DNA from: an uncultured Alphaproteobacteria bacterium
Lineage (GTDB): Bacteria > Pseudomonadota > Alphaproteobacteria > Sphingomonadales > Sphingomonadaceae
Reading direction: 5' to 3'
Length of the DNA stretch: 64,000 nt
NCBI GenBank assembly: GCA_963752785.1
Contig: CAVVZE010000001.1
Location: 36,402-100,401 of the forward strand
In this document: positions 42,836 to 52,331 of the stretch, piece by piece
Position numbering within the stretch: the first letter of the stretch is position 1
Layout of the letters: each line of letters opens with the position of its first letter
Program-made: the position numbers and the translations under genes
Notes under the pieces: generated by a model
Database searches by the model: none
Seen by the model: the letters and a program-made list of their open reading frames with translations, nothing else
What the model was told of the DNA's origin: nothing

Positions 42836-43470
42836 TCAGTCGTGCTCCGGCTGTGGCAATTGTTCGGCAGTCAGGACGCAGCGCGTATTGGCGACAAAGC
42901 GCGCGATCAGCAGGTCGGCGGTGGCGGGATCCAGCTCGCCCACCTCCATCACGCGGCACACCGATGCGCGGCCGGTGCGCAGGATCAGCGCCTGGCCCCA
43001 CAGGGCGATGGCGCAGGCGCGCGCCTCGGCCAGCGGGAAATCGGGTCGCGCGCGGCGATCAGACCGGTGGCCGTGTGCATCGAGTGCTTCATCGCGCCTT
43101 CCTAAAGGCGCTCGAACGCCTCGGTCGGGGAATGCTGCTCGCGCGCGATGAAATGGGACCAGTCCTGCGACGCAGGGTCCAGCATCAGCCGCGCGAACGT
43201 CGCCAGCAGGTCGCAGATCGCGTCGACGGCGTCTGCGCGTGTTGCCGGCGGATGCGATTCGAGCGCGGCGACCGGCCCCGCAAATCGCTGTGCCACGCAG
43301 GCGGCGATATGGTCGGCGCAGGCAAGGTACAGCCCTTCCTTGCCGCCGAAATGATAGGTGATGGAGGACATGGCGGTATCCGCCTCTTTCGCGATGGCGC
43401 GCGTAGCGGCACCTGCAAAGCCCTGCTGGCCGAAATGCGCGATGGCGATGTCGAGCAGGACGTCCCTCAT
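42836..43470 (-). CDS. TetR family regulator, CecR/YbiH-like (in-frame TAG and frameshift near 43050-43104)
   Basis: FGQQGFAGAATRAIA...ITYHFGGKEGLYLACA, FIAREQHSPTEAFERL, GQALILRTGR; heads a ybhGFSR-like operon. Confidence 0.82.
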
Positions 43471-43488
43471 GGGCGCCTTGGCTAATTC

Positions 43489-43500
43489 GTTCGATCGAAC
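43489..43500. promoter_or_regulatory. Palindrome GTTCGATCGAAC, candidate operator of the CecR-like regulator
   Basis: Perfect 12-bp inverted repeat immediately upstream of the TetR gene. Confidence 0.5.
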
Positions 43501-43627
43501 AAGTAAAGTGCCCTTGGGGGCATGCGCCGCGAATCGCCGCGCCACGCCGCAGCGCTTCGAGTACACATAGGTGAGTATCGGGGTGCTGGTGTCTTCGCAG
43601 GCCCGCACAAGCGGCGGCGGAAGAATT

Positions 43628-43704
43628 TGGTCGGGACGAGAGGATTCGAACCTCCGACCCCCACACCCCCAGTGTGATGCGCTACCAGGCTGCGCTACGT
43701 CCCG
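43628..43704 (-). tRNA. tRNA-Pro(GGG)
   Basis: Reverse complement CGGGACGTAGCGCAGCCTGGTAGCGC-ATCACA-CTGGGGG-TGTGG...GGTTCGAATCC...CCCGACCA. Confidence 0.97.
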
Positions 43705-43919
43705 ACCGGAGAGCGGCCCTATAGGCGGGCATTTCGCCAAGCGCAAGGCCGCTTGCGCCGCTTTTGCCATCGTCCCCGGGACAGGCCGCGAAAACCGCCC
43801 GCAGACTGGCGTTTGCCACCCGTGCGCAATGCTGCTAACCGCCCGTCCCATCGTCAGCGCGTGGTGCCGTCCGGTACCGTGCGCGATTCCCTTTTGCGAA
43901 AGCATCGGCACGTTTTTCC

Positions 43920-44252
43920 ATGACCAGCACTCTTCTGTTTCTTGCCGCCGCCCCCGCCGCCGCGGGCCCTCCCGTCTGGACCAATTTCGTCCTGCTGGGC
44001 GGCATGGCGCTGATCTTCTGGTTCCTGATCCTGGGTCCGCAGCGCAAGCGGATGAAGGAGCACCAGGCCAAGGTCGCGGGCCTGAAAAAGGGTGACCGCG
44101 TCGTCACCGCCGGCGGCCTCGTCGGCAAGGTGGTGAAGCTCGACGACGATTACGTCGACCTGGAACTGGGCCAGGGCGTTCGCGTCAAGGCCGTGCGCAA
44201 CACCATCGGCGACGTGATCCCCGCGGGCAGCGCCACTCCCGCGAACGACTGA
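43920..44252 (+). CDS. yajC: Preprotein translocase subunit YajC
   Basis: [16 protein letters not shown]...[15 protein letters not shown]. Confidence 0.95.
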   Translation: MTSTLLFLAAAPAAAGPPVWTNFVLLGGMALIFWFLILGPQRKRMKEHQAKVAGLKKGDRVVTAGGLVGKVVKLDDDYVDLELGQGVRVKAVRNTIGDVIPAGSATPAND

Positions 44253-44263
44253 GGCACAGCGCG

Positions 44264-45856
44264 ATGCTCGACTTTCCCGCGTGGAAACGCGTCTGGCTTT
44301 GGGGCCTGACCCTGCTGGGCGCGCTGCTGGCCGTTCCCTCGCTGGTGATGCTGGCGGGCGGCGCGTGGCCTTCCGGCCTGCCGGATCCCGAAATCAACCT
44401 CGGCCTCGACCTCGCCGGCGGCAGCCACATCCTGCTCGAGGCGGAGACCGGTGACGTTCTCAGCCTGCGCCTGACCTCGATGGAAGAGGATGTCCGCACC
44501 GCCATGGCGGGGGCGGGCATCGATATCGGCGACATCAGCCGCGAGAACGGGCGCCTGTCCTTCATGCTGGAGGATGCCGGCAAGATCGACGCTGCGCGCG
44601 AGGAACTGCTCCCGATGATCGAGGGCGTGGGCCTGACCGGTCAGCAGGACTGGGAACTGACGGTCCTCGACGGACAGCGCATGGTGCTCACCCCGACCGA
44701 GGCCGGGCTGACGCAGGCGGTCGACAATGCGATGAACACCGCGACCGACGTGGTCCGCCGCCGCATCGACGAACTTGGCACGCGCGAGCCGACGATCATC
44801 CGGCAGGGCGACAACCGCATCGTGGTGCAGGTACCCGGCCTTCAGGACCCCGAAGCGCTCAAGGAATTGCTGGGCCAGACTGCCAAGCTGGAATTCAAGC
44901 TGGTCGACACCGCCGCACTGCCGCAGGACGTGGCGCAGGGCATCGCCCCTCCGGGCAGCCAGATCCTGCCCTTTGCGCCCGATGCCTCGCAGCAGGGCGC
45001 GATCGCCGTGCGCCGCCTGGGCGGTATCCAGGGCGACCAGCTGACCAATGCGCAGCAGGGCTATGACCAGAACGGCGCGCCGGTCGTCAACATCACCTTC
45101 GACCAGGAAGGCGGCCGCCGCTTCGCGCAGCTGACGACGCAGAACGTCAACCGCCCCTTCGCCATCATCCTCGACGGCGAAGTGCTGTCGGCCCCCAACA
45201 TCAACGAGCCGATCCTGGGCGGCCAGGCGCAGATCTCGGGCGGGTTCAACGTCGATACGGCCAACAACCTCGCCATCTCGCTGCGGTCGGGCGCGCTGCC
45301 CGTCGACCTCGCCGTGGTCGAGGAACGCACCGTCGGCCCCGATCTCGGCGCCGACTCGATCGAGCGCGGCGTTCTGGCGCTGATCATCGGCGGCACTGCG
45401 GTGCTGGTCTTCATGATCGTCACCTATGGCCGCTTCGGCATGTACGCCAATGGCGCGCTGGTGCTGAACGTGCTGCTGATCCTGGGCATCATGGCGCTGC
45501 TGGGATCGACGCTGACCCTGCCGGGCATCGCCGGTTTCGTGCTGACCATCGGTACCGCGGTCGACGCCAACGTGCTGATCAACGAACGCATCCGCGAGGA
45601 ACGACGACGCGGCCGCCGCGTGGTGCAGGCGGTCGAGGTCGGCTACCGCGAGGCGCAGCGCGCGATCTTCGACGCCAACATCACCAATGTGATCGCGGGC
45701 GTGCTGCTGTTCCTGTTCGGCTCCGGCCCGATCCGCGGCTTCGCGATCGTTCTCATCATCGGTATCGTCACCTCGGTCTTCACCGCGGTCACGCTCACCA
45801 GAATGTGGGTGGCGGGCTATCTGCGCCGCAACCGCCCCGCCGACCTGCATATCTGA
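44264..45856 (+). CDS. secD: Protein translocase subunit SecD
   Basis: LGLDLAGG, RRRIDELGTREP, LRSGALP, GPDLGADSI, AVDANVLINERIREE. Confidence 0.97.
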   Translation: MLDFPAWKRVWLWGLTLLGALLAVPSLVMLAGGAWPSGLPDPEINLGLDLAGGSHILLEAETGDVLSLRLTSMEEDVRTAMAGAGIDIGDISRENGRLSFMLEDAGKIDAAREELLPMIEGVGLTGQQDWELTVLDGQRMVLTPTEAGLTQAVDNAMNTATDVVRRRIDELGTREPTIIRQGDNRIVVQVPGLQDPEALKELLGQTAKLEFKLVDTAALPQDVAQGIAPPGSQILPFAPDASQQGAIAVRRLGGIQGDQLTNAQQGYDQNGAPVVNITFDQEGGRRFAQLTTQNVNRPFAIILDGEVLSAPNINEPILGGQAQISGGFNVDTANNLAISLRSGALPVDLAVVEERTVGPDLGADSIERGVLALIIGGTAVLVFMIVTYGRFGMYANGALVLNVLLILGIMALLGSTLTLPGIAGFVLTIGTAVDANVLINERIREERRRGRRVVQAVEVGYREAQRAIFDANITNVIAGVLLFLFGSGPIRGFAIVLIIGIVTSVFTAVTLTRMWVAGYLRRNRPADLHI

Positions 45857-45869
45857 GGGAGGAGCCAAC

Positions 45870-46856
45870 ATGAAACTCCTGAAGCTCGTTCCCGACACGA
45901 CCAACATCCACTTCCTGAAGTGGCGGGTGCCGTTCTACGTCATCTCGGTCCTGCTGATGATCGGCAGCTGGGCTCTGGTCGCGACGCAGGGCCTCAACCT
46001 CGGCGTCGATTTTGTCGGCGGCCAGATGATCCGCGCCACCTTCACGCAGGAGCCGGAGGCGCCCGTCGCCGAACTGAGACGCGAGATCGGCTCGCTCGGC
46101 TATGGCGATCCCGTCATCCAGCGCTTCGGCCAGCCGAACGAGGTGTCGATCCGCATGCGCCTGCCGGAAACGGAGGAGGGCGCGTCCGCGGCCAAGGACC
46201 TGGCCGACCGCATGACCAGCGCCATCACCGCCAACATGCAGGAGAACCACCCCGGCGTGCGCATCGACGGTGTCGATTCGGTGTCGGGCAAGGTGTCGGG
46301 CGAATTGTTCGAGACCGGCATGCTGGCGCTGCTGGCAGCCATGGTGATGATCTCGATCTACATCTGGATCCGCTTCGAATGGCAGTTCGGCGTCGGCGCG
46401 ATGTTCGCGCTGCTGCACGACGTGTCGCTCACGCTGGGCCTGTTCGCCGTGACGGGGCTGGAATTCGATCTCAACATCGTGGCCGCCGTGCTGGCGATCA
46501 TCGGCTATTCGCTGAACGATACGATCATCGTCTATGACCGCGTGCGCGAGAACCTCAAGAAATACCGCAAGATGCCGATGCCCGAACTGCTCGACCTCTC
46601 GGTGAACGAGACGCTGGCACGCACGGTGATGACGTCGTTGACGACGCTGACCGTGCTGCTGGTGCTGATGTTCGTCGGACCGTCGATGACCTTCGGTTTC
46701 GCCGCCGCCATCGCGTTCGGCATCTTCATCGGCACCTACAGTTCGATCTATATGGCCGCGCCGATCCTGATCTGGCTGCGGGTCAAGTCCGACAGCTTCG
46801 TCCCGCGTGAGAACGAGGCAGATCGGCAGGAGCGGCTCGCGCGCGGCGAAGTCTGA
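45870..46856 (+). CDS. secF: Protein translocase subunit SecF
   Basis: GLNLGVDFVGG, LLHDV, IGYSLNDTIIVYDRVREN, GTYSSIY. Confidence 0.97.
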   Translation: MKLLKLVPDTTNIHFLKWRVPFYVISVLLMIGSWALVATQGLNLGVDFVGGQMIRATFTQEPEAPVAELRREIGSLGYGDPVIQRFGQPNEVSIRMRLPETEEGASAAKDLADRMTSAITANMQENHPGVRIDGVDSVSGKVSGELFETGMLALLAAMVMISIYIWIRFEWQFGVGAMFALLHDVSLTLGLFAVTGLEFDLNIVAAVLAIIGYSLNDTIIVYDRVRENLKKYRKMPMPELLDLSVNETLARTVMTSLTTLTVLLVLMFVGPSMTFGFAAAIAFGIFIGTYSSIYMAAPILIWLRVKSDSFVPRENEADRQERLARGEV

Positions 46857-47142
46857 CGCGGCCAGAGCGCTGCTGACGGGATGGCGGCCGTTCATGCGGC
46901 AGCCGTCCCTGCGCGGCCATGGGCAGGGCGCGGGTTCCAATAATGGCAAAATTGGGGCGCTTCGTCGCTAGGCTACTTGCCAGCAGACGAGCGTTAACCA
47001 TTGTGGAGCGCGTCATCGCGTGCTTTCCGGCATCGGGGCCAATGAGTCCTGCCTGTCGACCCAAGCGCGTGTGCAGCTTTGCGCGACGCCCCTCCGGAAA
47101 GTCGCAAGCCGCCGTCTGTAGCCACAGCGAAAGCCTTTCGTC

Positions 47143-49122
47143 TTGCCGATTCCCGTTCGAGCCGACTTCGACCCCTGGATGCTGTTCCTGGGCCTGCTGA
47201 CCTTTCTGGTGGCCGTCTGGTCCGCGTGGCGCCGCGATCCCGACGCCGTGCCCGCTCCGCTGGGCGGCTGGCTGACGCTGAAAGGCGGGCTGCGCATCGG
47301 CGGCTATCTGCCGGGCAACATCGCCGAGCTTTCGAGTCTGACCGCGCTGGCCTATCTGGTCGCGGGCGGGGTTACGGGGCAATTCTACACGCTGCTGATC
47401 CCGCTGGGCGCGTTCCTGCTGGCGCTGTCGCTGCGGCAGACGATGGGCTGGCGGCTCAGCCTGCCGGGCATGGCGTGGCTCAGTGTCGAGGCGCTGGCGC
47501 TGGCGGTCAGCTGGTGGTGGCTGTGCCTTGTCGTGAACGAGGCTCCGCTGCCGCTGTGGAACGAGGCGGCGCTCTATCTCGCCATCACGGTGGCGCTGGC
47601 GCTGGGCTATCTCGGCTGGATCGAACGCATCGCGCGCGAAGCGTCGCTGACCCATAGCCGCTGGCGCCTGCCCAATCGCGCCCCGCTGCCGGGCGAACGC
47701 CCCGCTCGCCAGCGGCGCGGCGCGCAGGCCCACGGGATCAGCGAACCGTTCGAGCCGCGCGTGTCGGTGCACCTGCCCTGCTATGCCGAGCCGCCGCAAG
47801 TGGTGAAGGAGACGATGGACCGCCTTGCCGCGCAGGAATACACCAATTTCGAAGTCATCGTCATCGACAACAACACCAAGGACGAGGCGCTGTGGCGCCC
47901 TCTGGAAAGCCACGCCGCGCTGCTCAACCGCCGGCTGGGGCGCGAGGTGTTCCGCTTCTTCCACGTCGACCCGCTGCCCGGCGCCAAGGCGGGCGCATTG
48001 AACTGGGTGCTCGACGGGCGGATGGACCCTTCGGCCGAGATCGTGTCGGTCATCGACGCCGACTATCTGGCCGGACCGGACTTCCTTTCACGCCTCGTGC
48101 CGTTCTTCCGCGATCGTTCGGTGGGCTATCTGCAGACCCCGCACGATTATCGCGATTACGAGGACAGCGCCTATCTGACCGGGTGCCACTGGGAATACAT
48201 GCCCAACAACAAGGTCGATATGTGCGGCGTCTCCGAATATGGCGGCGCGTTCACGATCGGCACCATGTGCCTGCTGCGCGCCGATGCGCTGCGCCGCGTG
48301 GGCGGCTGGGCCGAATGGTGCCTGACCGAGGATTCCGAAGTGTCGGTCCGCCTGCGCGCCGCGGGCTATCGCGGCATGTACCTGGGCGAGACATTTGGCC
48401 GCGGCCTGATCCCCGACACGTTCGAGGATTACAAGAAGCAGCGCTTCCGCTGGACCGCTGGCCCGGTGCAGCAGCTGCGCCGCCACTGGAAGCTGTTCCT
48501 GCCCCAGCCCTATGCGCGGCCCATGCCCGGCTGGACCAAGTTGCTCGAAGTGCTGCGCTGCTCCGCGCCGCTGCAGACGCTGGCGGGCATCGTGCTGGGC
48601 CTGATCGGGGTGACCGGCGTCGCCGTCGCCGTCCTTGCCGGGGCGATGGAGCCGATCACGCTGGCGCCGATTGCCTGGCCGATGATCGCGCTGGGCACTG
48701 CCACGGGTCTGGTGCGGAACTGGCACCGGTACCGGCTGACCGGCTGCCACCTCGTCGCCGACATGATCCGGGGCGAGATCGCGCGTGCCTCGCTTACCTA
48801 TATCGTGCTGGTTTCGGGCGTGGCGGGTCTGTCGAACAAGCCGCACGCATGGCGCCGCACGCCCAAGTTCGGCGCGAGCGGCGGGATGGTCTCGGCGCTC
48901 GCCTGCACGGTGCCTGAGATGATACTGGCCGCGATCACCCTGTCGGCCGCCGGTCTGGCCGTCGCCTTCGCAGACGCTCTCGGCCTTGGCTTCGCTCTGC
49001 TGGTGGCGATGATCTACGGCTTTCTCGGCCTGCGCTTCCTGTGCGCGCCCTACATGGCGCTGCTGGCGCTGCGTAAAGCGCAGGTTGCCGAGGACGCGAC
49101 GGGCCGCGAGGTCACGGCCTAG
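47143..49122 (+). CDS. Processive GT2 glucosyltransferase, NdvB/NdvC-like (beta-glucan synthase type)
   Basis: N-terminal TMs; SVHLPCYAEP, IDNNT, KAGALN, DADY, TEDSE, QRFRW (D,D,D,QxxRW); C-terminal TMs; start 47143 or 47179. Confidence 0.85.
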   Translation: MPIPVRADFDPWMLFLGLLTFLVAVWSAWRRDPDAVPAPLGGWLTLKGGLRIGGYLPGNIAELSSLTALAYLVAGGVTGQFYTLLIPLGAFLLALSLRQTMGWRLSLPGMAWLSVEALALAVSWWWLCLVVNEAPLPLWNEAALYLAITVALALGYLGWIERIAREASLTHSRWRLPNRAPLPGERPARQRRGAQAHGISEPFEPRVSVHLPCYAEPPQVVKETMDRLAAQEYTNFEVIVIDNNTKDEALWRPLESHAALLNRRLGREVFRFFHVDPLPGAKAGALNWVLDGRMDPSAEIVSVIDADYLAGPDFLSRLVPFFRDRSVGYLQTPHDYRDYEDSAYLTGCHWEYMPNNKVDMCGVSEYGGAFTIGTMCLLRADALRRVGGWAEWCLTEDSEVSVRLRAAGYRGMYLGETFGRGLIPDTFEDYKKQRFRWTAGPVQQLRRHWKLFLPQPYARPMPGWTKLLEVLRCSAPLQTLAGIVLGLIGVTGVAVAVLAGAMEPITLAPIAWPMIALGTATGLVRNWHRYRLTGCHLVADMIRGEIARASLTYIVLVSGVAGLSNKPHAWRRTPKFGASGGMVSALACTVPEMILAAITLSAAGLAVAFADALGLGFALLVAMIYGFLGLRFLCAPYMALLALRKAQVAEDATGREVTA

Positions 49123-49691
49123 AGCGCCCGCACCAGCAGCGCCGCCAGCGCGATCCAGGGCGGGCTCTGCACGACGATCTGGCGCTGCCCCGCTCCGGGC
49201 GGAAGCAGCGCCAGATGATCGTCCGAAAAGTCGATCAGCCGTCCGAATGCGAATCGACCGCCTGGGCGCGGGACCAGAACGTCGCGATTGATTGCGCGGG
49301 CACGCTCCTCCGCGGGCAGGTCGCGCATCCACAGCCGGTCGCCCGCGCGATATTCGCCCACGGCGCTGTCCACCTCGACCACATGCACCGCGCCATCGCC
49401 CAGCATCGCCAGCGGCTCGACCGCCTCGCGCGGGGAGGGGAGCGGCTCGGCCCCCTCCGCCGTCAGCCGCGCGACGACCATGGCCGCATCGCGCGCCTCG
49501 CTTGCCAGCAGCAGTTCGGGCGCGACGCCCAGGCCGCCCGCGATCCGGTTCAGCCAGTCGAGTGACAGGGTGCGCATTCCCGTCTCCAGCCGCCCCACCG
49601 TTTGCGGCGTCGTCGGCGGGGTGCAGGCGGCGGCCAGATCCGCCAGAGTCATGCCCTTGTCCTTGCGGATCGTGCGGATGCGGTTGATCAC
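49119..49691 (-). CDS. XRE/Cro-cI family HTH regulator with degenerate S24-like C-domain
   Basis: NRIRTIRKDKGMTLADLA...TVGRLETGMRTLSLDWL.RIA; GTG start; C-terminal VDSA..EYRAGD...FGRL. Confidence 0.82.
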   Translation of the reverse strand: MINRIRTIRKDKGMTLADLAAACTPPTTPQTVGRLETGMRTLSLDWLNRIAGGLGVAPELLLASEARDAAMVVARLTAEGAEPLPSPREAVEPLAMLGDGAVHVVEVDSAVGEYRAGDRLWMRDLPAEERARAINRDVLVPRPGGRFAFGRLIDFSDDHLALLPPGAGQRQIVVQSPPWIALAALLVRAL

Positions 49692-49795
49692 GGCGCGGTT
49701 CCTTTCCAGAATTGTCGCGAACCTGATCGGTTTTATTTTCCTACAAGGCAAGCGGTCCGCAGGTCCCCTGCACATCGAACGAAGGGGAAGAATCC

Positions 49796-50347
49796 ATGAC
49801 CAGCCGGCACGACACCGAACAGCAGGCCGCCGAACAGCAGGCCGCCGAACACCGGGGACCGGGCGAATATGTCACGCGCGAACTCACCAGCGAGGGACCG
49901 CGCCGCATCTCGAAGGATTATCGCGGCGGCGCGTCGAAGCGGGCGCGGACCGTCACCGTCAATCTCAAGGAATCGCCCCTGGGCTGGCTGTATGCCCACG
50001 GCCATCTGACCGAGCCGCAATACGAAGCGGGGGAACGGCTGCGGACCGATTGGGAGCGCGCACAGATCGCGCCGTCGATCACCATGCGCTGGGACGCGGT
50101 GCGGATCAGCGGCACCAATCCCGACCGGGGCCTTGATCCGTCCGAACGCCAGATCGCGGCCAAGGCGCGCTTCGACAAGGCGGTGAAGGCGGCGGGGCCC
50201 GGACTGGCCGACATCCTCTGGCGCGTGGTCTGCGCGGGCGAGGCGGTCGGCATTGCGGAAAAGGCGATGGGCTGGCCCGCACGCAGCGGCAAGCTGGTGC
50301 TGGGCCTCGCGCTCGACCGGGTGGCAGGCTTCTACCGGATCGGCTGA
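49796..50347 (+). CDS. DUF6456-like protein
   Basis: TVTVNLKESPLGWL...YEAGERLRTDWERAQ...ILWRVVCAGE...AEKAMGWPARSGKLVL.LALDRVA.FY. Confidence 0.8.
   Translation: MTSRHDTEQQAAEQQAAEHRGPGEYVTRELTSEGPRRISKDYRGGASKRARTVTVNLKESPLGWLYAHGHLTEPQYEAGERLRTDWERAQIAPSITMRWDAVRISGTNPDRGLDPSERQIAAKARFDKAVKAAGPGLADILWRVVCAGEAVGIAEKAMGWPARSGKLVLGLALDRVAGFYRIG
49815..49851 (+). repeat. 15-bp in-frame tandem repeat, about 2.5 copies (EQQAA)
   Basis: CCGAACAGCAGGCCG twice followed by CCGAACA. Confidence 0.85.
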
Positions 50348-50449
50348 CGCACGCCGCTGGCGGGAGCGCGCCGGGCACTTGATCTTTGCGATGCAGCGTG
50401 CAAGCTGCCGTTTCAGTTGAAACCGTATATGTCAGGCGAGACCTCCTTC

Positions 50450-52264
50450 ATGAAGCCATTTGCCCTGCACCGCCGCCAGTTCCTTGCCGGAACGGGCACC
50501 GTCGCCCTTGCCTGTTCGCTGCCGGCCGTTGCCCGCGCGCAAAGCGCGGCCAGCGCCCGGCTGACGGCGGTGATGGACCGCACCTTTCAGGGCGACATGC
50601 GCCTCAACCCCACGTCGATGACGGCGCTGGGGATCGATACCGGCGAGAATGCATGGGCGCGCCACTATCTGGGCGAATTCGGCCGCGCCGGTATCCTGGC
50701 GGAAGAAGCGCACGCCAGGCAGATGCTGGACGCCATCCGGGCGATCCCGACAGAGGGGCTGGACGAGGCGCAGAAGGTGCATCACGCCGTCGTCACGGAC
50801 ATGCTGGAAAAGCGGCTGTGGGGTGCGCCCTTCGGCATGGGCAGCGTCTACAGCCCCTATGTGCTGAGCCACATGGGCGGTTCGTATAGCGCGATCCCCA
50901 GCTTCATGGACACCAAGCATCCGGTAGAGACCGAGGATGACGCGGTCGCCTACCTCCAACGCCTTGTCCAGTTCGCCGAGGGGCTGGATGACGAAACCGC
51001 CCTTCAGCGCGAGCAGGCGGCCAAGGGCTATCTGGCGCCCGCGTGGTCGCTCGACACCGCGATCGCGCAGATCAGGGCGATGGCGCAGACCCCCGCGGCG
51101 CAGTCGCGGCTGGTGACTTCGCTGGCAGAGCGCGCGCAGGCCGCCGGGATCGAGGGGGACTGGGCGGCGCGCGCCGCCGCGATCATGGACCGGTCGGTCA
51201 ATCCCGCGCTGCTGCGCCAGGCTGCGATGCTGGAAGAGCTGAAGCCCACCGCACCGACAGGCGACGGCGTATGGCGCGTGCCGAATTCGGAAGAGCTCTA
51301 CCGCCTCGAACTCGCCAATTCGACGACGACCGATCTGACAGCAGAGGAGATCCACCAGATCGGCCTGCGGCAGGTGGCCGAACTGAGCGCCGAGCTGGAA
51401 ACCATGCTGGCCGAGGTCGGGCTTACCACCGGCACGGTCGGTGAACGCCTCGCGCAGTTCAATTCCCGGCCCGACCAGCTCTATGCCAACACGCCTGAAG
51501 GGCACGAGGCGATGCTGACCGACCTCAACGCCAGCCTCGACGCGATGCAGGCCAAGCTGCCGCTGGCCTTCGCGACGCTGCCGACCCAGCCGGTCGAGAT
51601 CCGCGCCGTCCCTGCCGAGATCCAGGACGGCGCGCCGCTGGGCTATTACGAGAGCCCGACGCTGGATGGCTCGCGCCCGGGCATCTACTACATCAACCTC
51701 AAGCATACCGAGGACTGGCCGAAATACACGCTCCCCGCGCTCACCTATCACGAGGCGGTGCCCGGCCATCACCTTCAGGGCAGCCTGGTCCAGCAGGCGG
51801 GCGAAACGCCGATGCTGCTCAAGAACTACTACATCTCCTCCTATGGCGAGGGGTGGGCGCTCTATGCCGAGCAGCTGGCGTCCGAACTGAACGGCTATGA
51901 AGGCATGGAAAAGGCCGGCGCGCTTCAAAGCTGGCTGTTCCGCGCCGCGCGTCTGGTGGTCGACACCGGCCTGCACCACAAGAAGTGGAGCGTGGAGCAG
52001 GGCACGCAATATTTCGTCGACACGGTCGGCTTCACCCGCACCCGGTCCGAGGCGGAAGTGCGCCGCTACTGCATCTGGCCCGGACAGGCGTGCAGCTACA
52101 AGATCGGCCAGAACAAATGGGTCGAACTGCGCGCCAAGGCCGAGGCCGCGCTGGGCGACCGCTTCGACATCCGTCAGTTCCACGAGATCGTGAAGGAAGG
52201 CGTGATGCCGCTGAGCGTGCTGGAAGCGCGCGTCGACCGCTGGATCGCGGCGCGCATGGTGTGA
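50450..52264 (+). CDS. DUF885 family protein (putative metallopeptidase), Tat signal
   Basis: HRRQFL twin-arginine signal; HEAVPGHHLQ, EGWALYAE, RAARLVVDTGLH, PGQACSYKIG. Confidence 0.88.
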   Translation: MKPFALHRRQFLAGTGTVALACSLPAVARAQSAASARLTAVMDRTFQGDMRLNPTSMTALGIDTGENAWARHYLGEFGRAGILAEEAHARQMLDAIRAIPTEGLDEAQKVHHAVVTDMLEKRLWGAPFGMGSVYSPYVLSHMGGSYSAIPSFMDTKHPVETEDDAVAYLQRLVQFAEGLDDETALQREQAAKGYLAPAWSLDTAIAQIRAMAQTPAAQSRLVTSLAERAQAAGIEGDWAARAAAIMDRSVNPALLRQAAMLEELKPTAPTGDGVWRVPNSEELYRLELANSTTTDLTAEEIHQIGLRQVAELSAELETMLAEVGLTTGTVGERLAQFNSRPDQLYANTPEGHEAMLTDLNASLDAMQAKLPLAFATLPTQPVEIRAVPAEIQDGAPLGYYESPTLDGSRPGIYYINLKHTEDWPKYTLPALTYHEAVPGHHLQGSLVQQAGETPMLLKNYYISSYGEGWALYAEQLASELNGYEGMEKAGALQSWLFRAARLVVDTGLHHKKWSVEQGTQYFVDTVGFTRTRSEAEVRRYCIWPGQACSYKIGQNKWVELRAKAEAALGDRFDIRQFHEIVKEGVMPLSVLEARVDRWIAARMV

Positions 52265-52269
52265 TCGCG

Positions 52270-52305
52270 GCGGGGAGGGGCGGGCACACGGCCTGCCCCT
52301 TCCGC
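52270..52305. terminator. GC-rich hairpin between convergent genes
   Basis: GCGGGGAGGGGCGGGC-ACACG-GCCTGCCCCTTCCGC imperfect inverted repeat; no clear U-tract. Confidence 0.5.
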
Positions 52306-52331
52306 CCGTTCAGCGCCTGATCAGCGCCCGA

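Noticed and set aside
40753-43104. In-frame TAG codons in the ybhF-like (40753-55) and cecR-like (43102-04) genes, suggesting amber recoding
   Set aside because: They replace different expected residues (Glu, Trp), sit among frameshifts, and TAG ends normal genes elsewhere; sequencing error is simpler
36300-43704. Genomic island integrated at tRNA-Pro (also considered for tRNA-Thr and tRNA-Phe)
   Set aside because: No integrase, no duplicated tRNA 3' end and no obvious compositional shift seen
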